Of a stretch of DNA of 64,000 bases, positions 37,351-51,091 are shown piece after piece. The notes under the pieces are model-generated. The model was given only the letters and a program-made list of their open reading frames with translations, ran no database searches and was not told the origin of the DNA. The stretch is from the NCBI GenBank assembly GCA_036172245.1, contig JAYWIR010000066.1, positions 186,001-250,000 of the forward strand, in the 5' to 3' direction. A program made the translations under genes and the position numbers. This DNA comes from Raillietiella orientalis (lineage: Eukaryota). Within the stretch, counting starts at the first letter, position 1. The number at the start of each line of letters is the position of its first letter.

Positions 37351-40300
37351 CGACCATAAAATTTGCTTCTGGGTGCTGCTGCCGATGGTCCCGTGCAGCT
37401 TCCATTGGTGGTCTGCAGCTTTCTTCCTCTCTTCGATAGTTGTGATGGACGCAGTCAAAGATGGCGAGGGTCGCCTTGGAAACGTCCGGATCGGCCTCTC
37501 CTTTGATCGCTGGTTGAAATCCCGGAAGTTCGCCATCCGACGGTCCTCTTGGTGACATGAACCGCCCCGTTACCGGCTATGACCCCGAGTGCCGGTCTCT
37601 TGACAACCACCTTCATCTCCCAGAAGCTTTCAGCCGCAGCGAACCCGAGCGCCCCACGCGCGTGCTGGCGCCCCAGAGCGCGCCGCCCCTCGCGTTGCGG
37701 AGTGTTCAGTCTACTTTTGGCACGCGTGTTCCTGTCTATGCCCTAGGGTCGTCCGAGCAAGGAGCATGCTGGATAAGCGCGTGAACTCTGCTCGCTGTAC
37801 GCTCGTCCCCCCCCTTTGCCCCCTTGTCCTGATCACCGGCTCCATGGTGCCTCCTCATCGGGGCGACTCGGCCGCACGAGTCGCTTTCGGTGGAAGGCGG
37901 AAGTGGAGGAGTGGTGGATGTTGCTGATGGCAGCGTCCTCCGGGATGTCTGCGCCATCTGGTTTCCCGGTCTTTCAGTCCCAACTCTTCCCGGGGAGTCG
38001 CCATCAGGTGGGAGCCGACGTGGACCTCGAGCCGCGGGGGACAGGCCTCGAACCTCCGGCTATTCCTTACGGCAATGGGAGTGGAGATGGAAGGAACAGC
38101 AGAGGGGTCAGGCACCAGCCTCCCCCGCAACTTTCCGACGGGACCCTGACCCGGGGCGAGTGGATGACCCAGCCCTCGCGAGACCCGCAACGGGGAAAGC
38201 GGGAGGCGAAGACGCCAGGAGAAACCTGGTCGCGCCACGAGGGCGCGGTTTCAGATACCACCGTGCGCTCCTTGAGGGGGGGGGGGAGGAGGGATTCCTT
38301 GGGGAAACACCGTTGCCGACGCACGTGACGTGGGAAGCTCCACTAGGCTCTAGAGAGCTGTGCCCCCTAAGGTCATCCTCCAAGCAGCAACAGGCACTTG
38401 GGAGATGGCGTCGGGAGTCGGTGGTTGTACGCCTTCCCTTCAAGCCCCGGAGGAAGGCAGGACTCAAGGAGGGGAAGGAAGATATGTGAAGGACGTTGGG
38501 GCGACGCGAGCTCCCGCGCCAACCGGGACGGAAACGCTCCTCGTCCTCGGGACGGCCCAAGCAGCAGCTGGCGATCCGCCACCCGAGCACGCTTCGCCCA
38601 CGAATATGCGCTTCCGGGAACGACCAAGTCCTTCCCCTGCCTTCCCAGGCAGTCCCGCGCTCCCCAAGGGACGTTCCGACCCGACAGCCTAACCCTGCGC
38701 AGGATATCTGCCTCCCGGACACCCAGGGAGCGCCGGATCTCTCCTTCCCTAGAAATCCTCTTGACTTGCAGTCGCCTCAACCTCACAACCAGGGATTTTT
38801 GAGGGACGCATCCGCAGCGCCCATCAGTGGACACGACAGTGCCGACGCTCAGGTTCCTGCCTGGGAGCATCCTCCACAGATGCGTGCGGACGAACTTGTT
38901 GTGGATCACAACTGGTTGTGGCTTGGCTGTTCTCTTTTACAGCTGGTTGTGACCTCTGGTTTGCTACTGGTGGTTGGCTGTTTTCAGAGACATCGGCTAT
39001 TTCTGTGCCTGCCTGCGACGCTCCCCGTGTAGGGTGGGGCGCCGACTTCGAGAGCTGCCCTTCGGGCTGCCTTCAAGGAGAGGGAAGGTTCTAGCTAAGA
39101 GTTTTGTGTGTTCGGCGGCGATTCCGACCTGTTGTGCTCCCGTACCCCTCATGGAGGAATGGAAGCCCGGGAGGGAGTGACGGTTCCCTGCCGCTTCGCG
39201 TTTTGCCCCGCGGCAGGGTCCCTCCACTGCGGAGTGTGGCGTCAGCCCCCATGCCTCTTCGGAGACACCGCGAAGACGGTTCTCAAGGACCCTCTGCGGA
39301 CTTCCGGATTCCCAATCCAGGACGAAATTTGGCCCTTCTTCGTAGCATTAGCTCCATCCCTCCCTTTCTTCCCTCCCCTCCCTCTGAGGCACGCACTAAG
39401 CCCTCATTGCAGCGGACCTGCGTGGGCCTCGAGTCGCGGAGGGCAGATTCCAAGCCGCAGTAGGTAGTCGGCTCTTTGCTCGCGGTTGTTTCCGCTCCCT
39501 TATGCGCCCCCGGGTGAGCGCAGACGACGCGCAGGGGTGGAGGGAGAATCTGCTGTTGCGGAGCAGCCCCGAAAGGCTTCCAGGGGGTGCGTCCGGTGGT
39601 CCTGCTCTGCCCACTCACCGAACGAGAATTCTCGGAGGCGTAGATCCTCCACCCTCGCACTCCCCTGGAAGCTCTCCGCTCCCGAAGAGACGCCGGACGC
39701 TGAGAGTGCCTCGGGATTTCCTGCTTCGTCTCCTCCCTCTCGCCCGCGGTGTGCGCGGGTCTTCTTTAAATCGAGAGGATCCGCTAGGAAGGTGGTCCAC
39801 CCCTTCAGACCTGCTGGATACCCTTGAGCTGCTCACCTTCCTCCCGAGCGCGGAATCGAAAAGGGAGGAAGGGCATGGCTCCCCATCTGTGGCGGTGGAG
39901 CGCGGAACCCAACGCGGAGATGTGGAAGAGCATGGAGCTTCAGACCTGGAAAACCCGACGCAGAGCCTAAGGGAGAGGGTTCGAACCTCGGCAGCGACTT
40001 CCTTCCCGACCACTTTGAATGGGACGTTCCCTTCCACCCCGCCGCTGCTGAGGAAACGGGTCCGTCATCCTTCGGCGGAGAGTCCTTCCCCAAGCGACTG
40101 CACCTCCGGCTGAAGAGTCTTACGAGGATGGGCCTAGAGTCGGTAGGACGGGGATAAGTAGAGTGTCCGCAGAAACAGGAAGGAACCCAAGGAGGATGAG
40201 GAAGAAGGAAGAGGGAGGGAGGGAGGGAAGAAGAGAAAGAAGGGAAGTAGAGGAGGAGGAAGGGGTGAAGAAGACGAGGAGACTCCTGCCTATTTTTAGC

Positions 40301-42589
40301 AGGAGGGGCCGGGGAGGAGGAAGCTACCCTTGGCGTGATCTCGCCGGTCTCAGGGCATGATGTGGTGCAATTGCCAGGTGGAGAGCCGCGCGCGCACGCT
40401 GACAGAACGGCCAGCGGCCGAAATCGCTGCGACAGGGTCGCCCGCTTGTTGAGGCTGCCGCCGCCGCCGCCGGACACAACCCGGAAGGGAACCCGGAAAA
40501 GCGCCCGAGGCGTCCGTGCTCGCTTCTTCCGCTTCCTAGGCAGCCGCCACCCAATCAAGTGGCCCGGCGAGACGACCTTCGAGCGAGCGTCTCCCGGACG
40601 ACGAGCAGCGCGCGGACTGCAGTGACGGGCGGACGGACACTCGCGGCAGGAATAGGAAAGAAGGAAGCGCACCAGGCTGGAGCGGAGATGCGGCGCACGG
40701 AAGATGCTCGGAGGGAGCGAGACTCTCGTCCCCGCCCCGACCGGTTGCCAGGAGACAGTGAGAGGGACGGAGCGATCCCCCGACATGGACTGCTGGAAGG
40801 GCGAGAGAGAGGTACTGGATGGCTGCAGCACCCAGCTTGAGGGGGGGAGAAGGGTGGGTCGTCCTCCAGGGGCGTTCGGCGGCGGTCGTGGCCCTCCTTG
40901 CCGAGGAACGTCCTGCTGCCCCCTAGCGGTCTGCCGAAAGCGAAAGTGGCGTGCGCAGGAAGGGCGTTTCCGCTTGCCACCGCACGCGGACTCCCGGACG
41001 GAGGCATCCCTGATCCTCGAATGCTTCACGAGGAGCGGCCGTCGTCTCCGGTGGCGCCGTCTGGCGACCTCCGTGGCGTCGGATCGCCGTCGCGCGCGAA
41101 TCCGTCAGATACACTGCCGATGCGGTGGGGATTCGGCGGAAAGACATGCGGAGAGCGCGTGCGCGCTGCTCCCGGGGCAGCGACGAGCATTTTGGGGAGA
41201 GGGGGGCAATCATCCAGCGTCTCCGGGGGAGGAAGGCCGTGATCCAGCATCCCTCTTCCTTTGTTCCTTTCCAGCTTGCTGGGTGGAAAGTGGAAAAGGG
41301 AGAGGAGGAGCTCCTCGAAGTCTGCTCAAGCGCGGTCGCCTCGGAAGGGGTCGCTCACGTGCGGCGCCCCCAAGGTGGGGCCGTCTAGCGCCGACGGAGC
41401 TGCGGATGCCCGACTCGATGCTCCTCCGAGAGGGGAGCGAAGCAGAGAGAACAGCCACTAGTCTCGAAGAGGTCACCGCCTACAGCGACAACGCCCGCGG
41501 CGTCCACCTGGAAACCAGAGACGACCTCCGAAGAAGCAGTCGCACCCGGGAAGGAGGGGACGCCATCAAGATGCGCGGGAGCTTCGAGCGTCCGCAGAAG
41601 TTCAAGGAGAAGAAGGGGAAGAGGAGGAAGAAAAGCAGACGCAGGATGCAGATGCCGGAGCAGATTGCTCCGCGAGTGGGTGGTGGTGACTCATGAGCTT
41701 TCAAGGCCGGCTGGTTCAGGTGAAGGCAACTTCGAACCAGCTGACTTGCTAGCAGAGGGAAAAGAGGCAGCGGTCTCCACGGAGACCTGCGTGATGAGAG
41801 TGAAGGTGTGTGACTTCCCCTTCTACAGCACACTTCGGACTTTCGTCCCGGACGGGACTCCTCCATCCTTTCTCCGGTCCCATCCCTTCGGTAGGAATCC
41901 AACGTTCCTCCGGAACGCATGCGCCACCACATGGAAGAGCAGCTCGGCGCCCGTTGCCCCGTGCGATGGCGGAAGGGCGGTGGTGACCCTGAGCGCGCCA
42001 CCGGGGGGGAGGTGGGGAAGTCCGCGAAGGAAGCGTTCCCGGTGACGACAACAACGATGTGGGGTGGAGGGAAGGGTCTCCCCGCCCGGCCTCTGCCTCC
42101 TGCAACGAGGCCTAGGCGCTCCGCGCGCGCGCCTCGCGGCGCTCGATGGCACCCGGCCGCGTCCACCCGTCCCCGCATGGACGATCCCCACCGTCAGCCT
42201 CTGCCTCGCCGGAAGGGGGAGTCCCCGGTGGTCCATTCCAGAAGCGAGAAGACGCACCACTGAGTTTTCGGTAGCTCCACGGAGGAATCGTCGTTCCTCC
42301 AGAGACTTCCCCACATGGTCGGACCAGCTGGGATGGCGCGCTACTTCCGGAGCCTCCTTTCTCCTCCCGGGTACCATCCTGAACGCTTCCGGGACCTTCC
42401 TGGAAGCGTCCGGGATGGCAACAGCTGGACCGCTCTCCCCCTCGTTAGGAGGGATGCGGACGCTTCCGTTTTCCTGCTGCCTCCGCGGAGACGCCACCCG
42501 GCATCGGACGGGCGTTTTTAGTGCGCCCCCTGTCCCCAAGGCAATGCCTGACGCGATCGCGTCGGACCATGAGGTCTGCAGTCTCTCTG

Positions 42590-42740
42590 CGAGCGCGGCG
42601 CCAGCCGGTTGCGGGTTCGAATCCCGCCAAGGGAAGGATGGCGAGAAATGGGTGCGTCGTGGGTTGGAGATCCTGCGAACCCATCCTGCAGGGGGAGCGC
42701 AAGATGGCGCTGGTGCAGGTGAGGCACCGGTGAAATCCAG
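42590..42740 (+). mobile_element. tRNA-derived SINE (family B) copy
   Basis: gcgcggcgccagccggttgcgggttcgaatcccgccaagggaaggatggcgag...agatggcgctggt...ggcaccggtgaaatcc. Perfect B-box GGTTCGAATCC. Confidence 0.7.
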
Positions 42741-44729
42741 AAACCCTCAGATGCCCGCATCATTCGTTGGCCTGAACTAGAAGTCGACCCCCAGGGGTTC
42801 TTACAGAACATTAAGGGGGCCTTCGGGGCTCTTCCTCCGGTTGCGAAAATGAAGCCATCCATTTCTTGGGAGAGGAAGGGACCCTCTGTCGCGCACCATG
42901 GAGCGGGCTGACACCCCCTCGAGGGGGTTGATTGCCTTCCCCCGTGACAGAAATGCTCTGCTCTCTTCCGGGGGGGGAAGCGCCCTTCATGGAAATCGAG
43001 AAGCGTCCCTCCCCAGGTTTCCTCCGTAGAATAAATGCGGGACCCCTCCAGAGAGAACGGGAGGCGTTCGTTCCCGGTAAGGTCCTCCGAAGAGACGCTT
43101 CAGGAAGAAGGGGGAGGGAGAGCGTCGGTGGCACCCCCTTGAGCTTGAGACTGTCCCGGTGACTGCGTCCCCCTACCACTGGTGGGAATAGGCGGGTCGT
43201 GAGGATGTCCCCCTAGCAGTCCGAGTTGCAAGGAAAAGAAAACAACAACCAGAGTGTCGGGAGGAACGGATCGAGGGCGTGTGAATTCTGGGAGTGCGTC
43301 CATCGCAGGAACGAACGGCGGTAACGAGCGCTGCGGACAGTGTGCCTCGGAGTCCCCTCCGGAAGGGTTTTCCAGCCCTTGGCGCTTTCGCTTTCCCTTC
43401 TTAAGGGATCGATGACGTTCCGGCTATGAGAGAGAGTAGAACTTTCCTCTCTCTCTCTCTCCTGAATAATGAAGGGATAATGCTATGCGGAGATGCTGGC
43501 GAAGAAATTCGCCAGCTCGAAAATTCCGCTGGGGGGACCGCGGAATTTTCGAATCGACCGGATCGTCCCGGATGGAACGCCCCGACCCCGCCCGCCAGTC
43601 GGCGACCTCGACACGCTGCCCGCGGGAGCACCCTATGCGCCCCGGAGCAGACGAGAGCTCGAAATGCGCACCGGGCATCCTGGATCTGATGCCTCCCGCC
43701 ACAAGCAGCGCCCATCAAATTCATCAAATTGGCGACAGAATCCTCTCACTCTTTACCCTCCCCTCCCCCTTTTCTCGGCCACTGGTGCAGACATAAAGAA
43801 AGCATTTCCTCATTGCGCAAGCGCGAAAACGCGGGTGCGCGCGCTTTGACCCTTTGAGTGCTGTGGTCGCATAGATGCGTACGACGAAAATCATCGGTGT
43901 GGACTGTGAACCCACATATACGTTTGGCAAATGTTTTTACCTTGTCCACGCCACATAAGTCAACCCTATCCATGTTTGAGATAGACGCATGCGCTCGTGT
44001 TCTTATCATTCCCTTAGCAACGACAGTAAACGAAATTCCACTTATATCGGCTGACTGTTGTCGTTTTTTCAGTCACTTCCCTGTGTAAATGAAATAAATA
44101 AACAACAAATAGAGGTGTACATAAGCAATTATAACGGCAACTGTAGTCGGCACTTCATGTAGTCAATCGGTACCTCGGTGGAGCACGCGGTACGCGACGA
44201 AGCCTTCCGTCCACAGAGATCGCAGCTGCGACTCGCGTGCCGTCAGCACGGAACGTTTCAATCGGATGAGCTCCGCACCCGAAGAGGGAGAAAATGGAGA
44301 AATCCCCGTGTTTTTTTTTTTTTGGTTTTTTGTTTTTTTCACCTCCCCAGCTGTCGCCAGCCAATAAGTCAGGCGCCAAATGCGTATGCAAAGACCGCGT
44401 CTTCGCTGAAAACGGAGGTCGCCGGCGCCTCGTCCACAGGCAGGGTCCTCAGCTGGGGGTGGACCGATCCCTTGGGACGGGAAAAAGCACCGCAAGAGGA
44501 ACAAACCAACTCAGGCTACAGCAGCACCAGTGGTTGGTCGGTGAGGGTTCGCGGAGGTGCTCAAGGTGGCCTCCATCCACTGCACTCAGAAGAAGCCGAT
44601 GTACTCCTACACGGCACGCAGACAGGTACGGGGGTGAGCATCAAGGATGTGGTTTCCATGGTTGTGAAACCGAAGAACCTGCTTGGTATAGCAGAACACG
44701 AATCACAGTGCTGCACAAAACGCAAAGCA

Positions 44730-45320
44730 GCGGTAGTGGTGTTGGTAACAGTTGTTGACAGCAGTAGAGTTATTAGTAGTGCTGATGGGAATGGTCGTAG
44801 TAGTTGTGATATTAGTAATAGTGGTAATGATGGTGGAATTCCTCGTAGTAGTGGTAGTAGTGGAGTGGGCGTAGTAGTAGAGCTAGTGGTAGTAGTAGTG
44901 GTACTGGTAGTCATCTTCGTCGTAGTAGTAGTAATTGTAGTTATAGTAGTTATAATGGTGGTGGAAAAAGCAGTTCTGCTAGTAATAGTAGTAGCAGTGG
45001 TGGTAATGCTGATAGTACTGGTCGTAGTAGTGATAGCAGTGATAGTAGCAGTAGTAGTCATGTGTAGTAATAGTAGTAATGATGATGGTAGTAGTCGTCG
45101 TAGTAGTAGTGCTGGCAGTAGTAGAGGTAGTGGGAGTGATGGTGGTAGTGACAGTTCTGGTAGCAATAATAGTAGTGTTAGTAATAGTAGTAGAGTTGTG
45201 ATGATGGTACCAATAGTGCTGGTAATAGTGATAACAGTGATAGTAATAGTAGTAGTAGTAATAACAGTGGTCGTGCTGGAGGTGGTAGTCGTCGTTGCGG
45301 CAGAGGTAGTAGCAGCAGCC
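44730..45320. repeat. Degenerate (GTA/TAG)n trinucleotide tract
   Basis: gtagtagtggtaatagtagta repeats. Source of the Val-rich/Thr-rich pseudo-ORFs. Confidence 0.9.
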
Positions 45321-46259
45321 CTTTTTGCCGTCTCCCACGACCACGAGCTCGACTGGGGTGATGTAAGAGACCGTTCTTGTGTTCAAGAAGTCCCCCCTTC
45401 CCGTTCCGCGTCCTGGGGGAGCGGCCGAGAGTCCAGCGTTCACCCTTTAGGCCGGAGGCGTGGCGGCGGATGCTTCTCGAAAGCAGCAGGAACGGCGCGG
45501 GTTCCCCTCCTTCGGCGCGAGCGCTCCCGACGGAAGTTGCCCCAAAGGGGAGGTACGCGGGGCCACGCATCCGCGTTCGTTCCCTCGTATGGGGCCGGTC
45601 GGACGAAGGACCCTTCGGATGTCCGCCGCGAGGCAAAAGGGAAGCAGCGGAGGGAGTTTGTGCTGGGCCGGCTCCTTCAGGGGAGCGACCTCTCGGACGG
45701 AAGTCGCTTCTTTCGCCTGGTCGGAATCCGAGGCGAAGGAGGGAGGGAGGGACTCCTTCGCAGACGGTGAAGTCGATCCGGGACTCCCGGAGGAACGGCG
45801 GGAGGGGAGGAGGAGTCCTTGCGAGGACCGCTGCCAGCGTGGCTGAGAGCCCGTGGAGAGCGGTGGGCTGTCGCGAAGGACGAACGAGCGCTGGTGAGCT
45901 GCTCGAGACAGCCGCTCGTGGATCGCTCGGCATTGCTGGCATTTGCCGGTGGCTGTCGTCCTGGCATGTCTGAAGGCTCCGTGCGCTCCAGCGGAGAACG
46001 AGGGCATCGTGAGCTGTGGGCAGCAGGGAAGGGGGGGGGGGAGAACCGAAATTCCGGATAGGGAGGGGGGGAGGGAGTCCTGCAGTTAGCCCGAGGTGGA
46101 GGTCTCTCACCAGAAACCCAACGGTCCCTCCCTCGTGAGCCGATGCTGGGAAAGTCTGGCGCGCGTGCCTCGGAAGCGAAGGTGGGAAACTCGAAGCGCA
46201 CGCAGCGCCCTCCTTCTCACCCTTCCCCCCCTTCTTCCCTTCCCTGCCCCCCGCGCTCT

Positions 46260-46445
46260 CGCGCGCGGCGCCAGGCCGGTCGCGGGTTCGAGTCCCCTCC
46301 CGGGGAAGGATGCATCGACGGCGAGAACGGAGGGTGTGCGGCATGAGTTCGGGTTCCTCCCGCAGGATGGCGCTGGTTGGTCTGTTTGGGTGCGCCTGCG
46401 GCACCGGTGGAAGCCGGATGTCTCCGTTTAGTGGCCGGGATCGGA
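46260..46445 (+). mobile_element. tRNA-derived SINE (family B) copy
   Basis: gcgcgcggcgccaggccggtcgcgggttcgagtcccc...aggatggcgctggttggtctgt...accggtggaagccggatgtctc. Homologous to 10460-10640(-). Confidence 0.75.
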
Positions 46446-48712
46446 AGTTGACCTTTCGGGGTCACTCCAGGACATCAAAGAGTCCTTCGGGGTGCCACTC
46501 CCCGGTTGTGAAGAGGGAGCTCCTATGATTGTGATATGATGGGGAACGGCAGCTCGCAGGCCGTAGGTGGTACTTTCTGCTTGAGGGAACGAGAGGACTC
46601 CGTGGAAGGCGGGAAGGCCCTTGCCGATCTCGCCAACAGCCGCGTTCGGGCTTTCGAGATCCGAAGCGACGCGAAGAAGAGGGTGCGCCCGATGCCGCCG
46701 GGTTTCCCCGCACCAGAGCGGCACCAAGAAAGCGGGTGTCGTCCTCTCCCGCGCAGCTTTCCGCGCGGCGTCATCCCATTTTCGTTCCCACCCAGCCGTG
46801 CGGGGAGTTGGCTCGCCGCGCACGTCTCGGCACGCCGGCAGCGATTCGCGCGCGTTCGGGAAAGTGGATCGAGCCGAGACGTGGTGGTGGCCACCGGAGA
46901 AGCGGCGCCAGTCGTGGATGGGTCTCGTGCCGCCGCAGAGCACAGAGGTGCCGCGCAGTGCGTGCCGGGGGGTAAACATCGCGCATCCTGCAGCGCCGCG
47001 CGCGTCACCATGCGCTGGCGGTGCCAAGCCCAACCGGAATCTTCCTGTTTGCGAAAAGCGCACGTCGGGAACGAGGCAGGCGCTACGGGGAGGAACGCTG
47101 GCACCCGTGGCGAGGCAGGATGCCACACTCCCCGCACGTGCTCGTTTCCGCCGCTCCTGCGGTGGTGGGGCAGCGGAGTGTCCACGGATCTCTCCGGCGC
47201 CGCCGCCACCGACCAACTCCGTTTGAAAAAAATTGTCAAGGAGAGAAAATCGGTACGATCGGGTGATGGTGTACAATGGACCGCAAAGTGTGCGTATGTG
47301 TGTGTGTGTTCAGTGCCAACACGAGACGGCTGGGCAGAAGGAGGGAGGACGACGAGTTTTGTGACTGAGGTTTTCACGACGGGGCTCTCGAGCGGAAGAC
47401 AAACTTCGTGGGGGGGGGGGGGGGATCTTTTGTCCCCCACAAGTGCACGAGAGCACCGCAAGCAGAGTTGGAGGAGGCCAAAACGTAAGCTTGAACGCTT
47501 CCCGTTCCCGCGGCGGGATCCTGGTGAGGGGAAGGAATTGCACTTGGGGGTCGGAACCCAAGTCTTTCGAAACGGCAGGCGCAACGGAGGTTTCGCGTTC
47601 CCGTTTGGTGCAAGCGGGGGAACGGGGAGAATGGGGAACACGGCCAAGAGGAAGACGTGTGGCTCCTGCGAATACGGGGAAAGGTCGCGCAGGAAGATCG
47701 GAGTGGCGCGTTCAGCCTTGGCTGGGAGACGAGCCTCCTCCTTCCCACAGCCTTATTCGGATGGCATATTTTTATTCTGTGTATTCGCGGGGGGGGGGGG
47801 GATTTTCCTGAAGCATTCTCGGCTAACTCTTGAAGATGAGCTCGCTTTCCAGAATGCGATCATCAGCTTGAATTCCGGAGTGTGGAAATCCTTTTCCTGC
47901 TCCTCTCCTTTTTTTTCTTTTTCTTTTTTGTATCCAGCTCGGCAGAAAGTCTGAAAAGGAGACTTGCGTTTCCGATCTGACCGCAAAGCCATCAATATGA
48001 CCAAATGCCTTCGGCGAATGTGAACTCGAAATAAATCCCTGCTGCATTTCTATGATGGATTTTTTTTTTTTTTTTTCCTTGGCTTCTTGCGGTCTGGAGT
48101 GATCACTGGGCAGTGGATGAATGAATGGTGGAGCGGCTGCCTCGCATCTCGGCACGCTGGCTCTTCCTGACATCCACATTACAGCTCGGAAAGAAGCGAA
48201 GAGCAACATTTGAGCACGCTCGCGGGAATTATCTGCGGGGAAAAGGAAAGAAAAAAAAAAGAGAGAGAGAGAGAGAGAGGGGGGAGGGGGAGGGAGAGAG
48301 GAGCTGGGAACAGGAATGGCAAACACCGAAAAGTTTTCCCTAGGATTTCTGCAGCTGAAGAGATCAATTCCGTCGGTCCTGTTTCGTTGCTTTCGAGTTC
48401 GGTTCGATCTCAGCAGCCAACATCCATCGGTGGCTTACGAGCATGTGGAATTTCGAATACGTGTGAGCTTGTCTTGGAGAGCCGGAATAAAACGGTGGAT
48501 CAGCACGGCGCCGAATCACTTTTGGTTTCGGCTTTGGAAAGTGGAACGCGGAAAAAAAAAACGAATAAACCAGTAATCTGAATAAATTGAATAAATCGAA
48601 AGAAAGGAAGAAAGGACGATTTATGAAAGCATTCTTCTCGACATGCGAGCCAGGATTTTTACTCCAAGAGAAGGCAATCCTCTGAACCAAGTGTAAATAA
48701 CTCTAGGTGACC

Positions 48713-48732
48713 ATATATATATATATACATAT

Positions 48733-48766
<34 letters not shown>
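48713..48766. repeat. (AT)n microsatellite
   Basis: atatatatat... run. Confidence 0.9.
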
Positions 48767-48768
<2 letters not shown>

Positions 48769-49729
48769 GTTCCATGTAGTGTTGTTGAAGTGAGTCGGAT
48801 TCGTAGCCCTGGTGTGTACAATAACATGGTATAAATCAGTGTTGCTCATCATTTCATTTCGCCCGTTCATTCGTGTAAAACTTCATTACTTTCTCATATG
48901 CAATTTTCAGGTGTCATCGTGTGCGTAAGTGATAATCGAAAGAGTCTGTCCTGTGGCTTCTCATTAGATATGGTCTCATAAAAATTTCATGCAAAACTGC
49001 CAAAAACCTTTCACGTTTCCAGATATCTTCTCACGATGAATGGTGGTGGTTCATTTTTTTTTTTTTTTTTTTTTTTTTTCTTTTTTGGTTTTCAAAGGGA
49101 ATAAATTTCCAAAAATGCCTCAGAAAGGCATCGAGGTATAAGGTTTCATCGCTAAACGTGTTGCAACCAGCATAATTAAGTACTTGAAGTATTCTGCTTT
49201 TTGCACCACGACTTATCGCGTATTTATTACTTCTTTTATTTACCTTATTGTGCAAACTACCAACCAGTGAATATGGATGGATGTAGATGTCCTGCTCCAG
49301 TTCGTGAAATCGTGTTGGACGGGAACGGCTTGGAAGGATTTCGTGATTTTTCCGGTAGCGAACTGTGCATTCTTTTGTGGTGGTTTTTGTGCGGGAAGAG
49401 CTGACATCCATTCTTCTCGTGCCGTTTCAAGATCTCTCTCCCCGCATCTCGAGAGCCCCGGAAACGATGCCATTCTTCTGTGGTCCGGAACAGTCGACTC
49501 CGCCGTGCCGCACTGGCTAGGGATTCCTGAAACTTCTTCTCGAGGTGTTGAAGGGATTCGCGTGAAGAAGGGATTTTCTTTTTTTTTTCCCCCCCCCCCT
49601 TCTTTTTTTCCTATCCCACCCCCCTCCCTCCCCCGGCTGTGTGGTTCTAACGAAATTCCTCTTTCGATATGTTATTCTTGAATCCAGTTCCCTGCTGTGT
49701 TGTTGGTAACCTCGCAGACGAAACAATCC

Positions 49730-49805
49730 CTCGTTGTTGCTGTTGTTGTTGTTTTTTTTTATATGTATGTACTTTTTGCCTTCTTTCTTTCTTTTCTTTT
49801 GTTGC

Positions 49806-49836
<31 letters not shown>

Positions 49837-50260
49837 GGGGGAGAGGGGAGGGGGAGGGAGGCAGGAAGAAGAAGAAGAAGAAGAAGGTCTTTCTTTCTGG
49901 AATGCAACGTGACTGCTTGTTCCAAAAGTGTTGCAAGGAGCACGATGTTTTTTTTGTTTTCTTTTTTTTGGTGGGGGGGGGGAGGGGAAGAGAGAGAGAA
50001 GAAAACAAAAAAACAAAAAAAACCGTCCAAGCCGCGAAGGAAGGAAGGAGGAAGGAGGGAGAAAGGAAGAGGGGGGAAAGGGGGGGGGGGGTGAAGGAAG
50101 GAAAAGAAGGAAAGAGAAAGAAAAAGGAAGGCACCCTTCGCGTCCGAGGAAGGGTTGGTCCCTTCTTTCGCCCCCCCCCCTTTTTTTCCCTCCCCCCCCC
50201 CCCTTCCTTTCCTTCCTTTTTTTCGTTCTCGTCCCCCCTTTCTCCCCCCTCTTATTTTAA
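49730..50260. repeat. Compound simple repeats: (GTT)n, (GAA)n, poly-G/poly-C, polypurine then polypyrimidine tracts
   Basis: Directly visible runs. Confidence 0.85.
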
Positions 50261-51091
50261 ACGGCAGGAGACGGATGCGGCAGGGAGAGCAGGAGGCAAC
50301 GTTACATCCCGAACGCCGCTACGTTTCGTTTCGGAGCTACCTATAGCACCAGCACGCTTGAACTCCCATATATGGCATGGGGAAGGAAAGTCATCGTATG
50401 GTTGGGGATTGTGCCGATGTGAAATTCCTTGCATTTGACTTCGATGTATGATTTCCGAGCAGCATTCTGCGATTCCAAAACAACAACAAAAAAAAAAGAC
50501 AGTTTTGAGTTCACGAGCGGCTTGCCGACGATTGGGAACGTTTACTTTATGGAGCACATCAATCAGAAATAATCATTTTCAGGTGACATCATATCCGTTC
50601 AAGGTGAAGAAACCAGAACATGATCGGTTATTACTCAGTAATATATTCCATTCTAGGATTCATTTTAATTTACTCGTCTTGTTTAGCATGTGCTCGGCTC
50701 GAATGTGCAAGTGACGTTTGACAGACCTGCCCGCAGTCAAATAGATTTTGTATTTATCAAAAAAGTTTCACATTAGTTATCCCTGACTGTGAAAAAGATA
50801 TATATATATATGTATATATCAAGTGAAATTCAGAATGTCTCTTCATGTGGTTGTCGAAGAGACAGAAGACGATAAGTTTGCTTGAGTTGTTGATAATGAT
50901 TGATGAAAGTTACATTTTTTTTAAGTAAAAAAAAAAAAAAAAACTTTGATTAGCATGTGTAATGGTTTTATGTGTTTTTAATTAGTTCCATTGCTTTTTT
51001 TTATTAGGTTTCTTGGTGCATTTTCGTATTTGCTATAAAAAAAATTTTTATGCAGGTTAAGTTGTAAGAACTTTTGACTATAATTATCACT

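Noticed and set aside
36742..37558. His/Ser/Gln-rich ORFs
   Set aside because: Translation artefacts of the trinucleotide tract.
42600..42640. Functional tRNA gene at GGTTCGAATCC
   Set aside because: No cloverleaf or acceptor stem. Shared downstream body marks it as a SINE.
44178..45770. 530-aa Val-rich membrane-protein-like ORF
   Set aside because: Derived from the (GTA)n low-complexity repeat.
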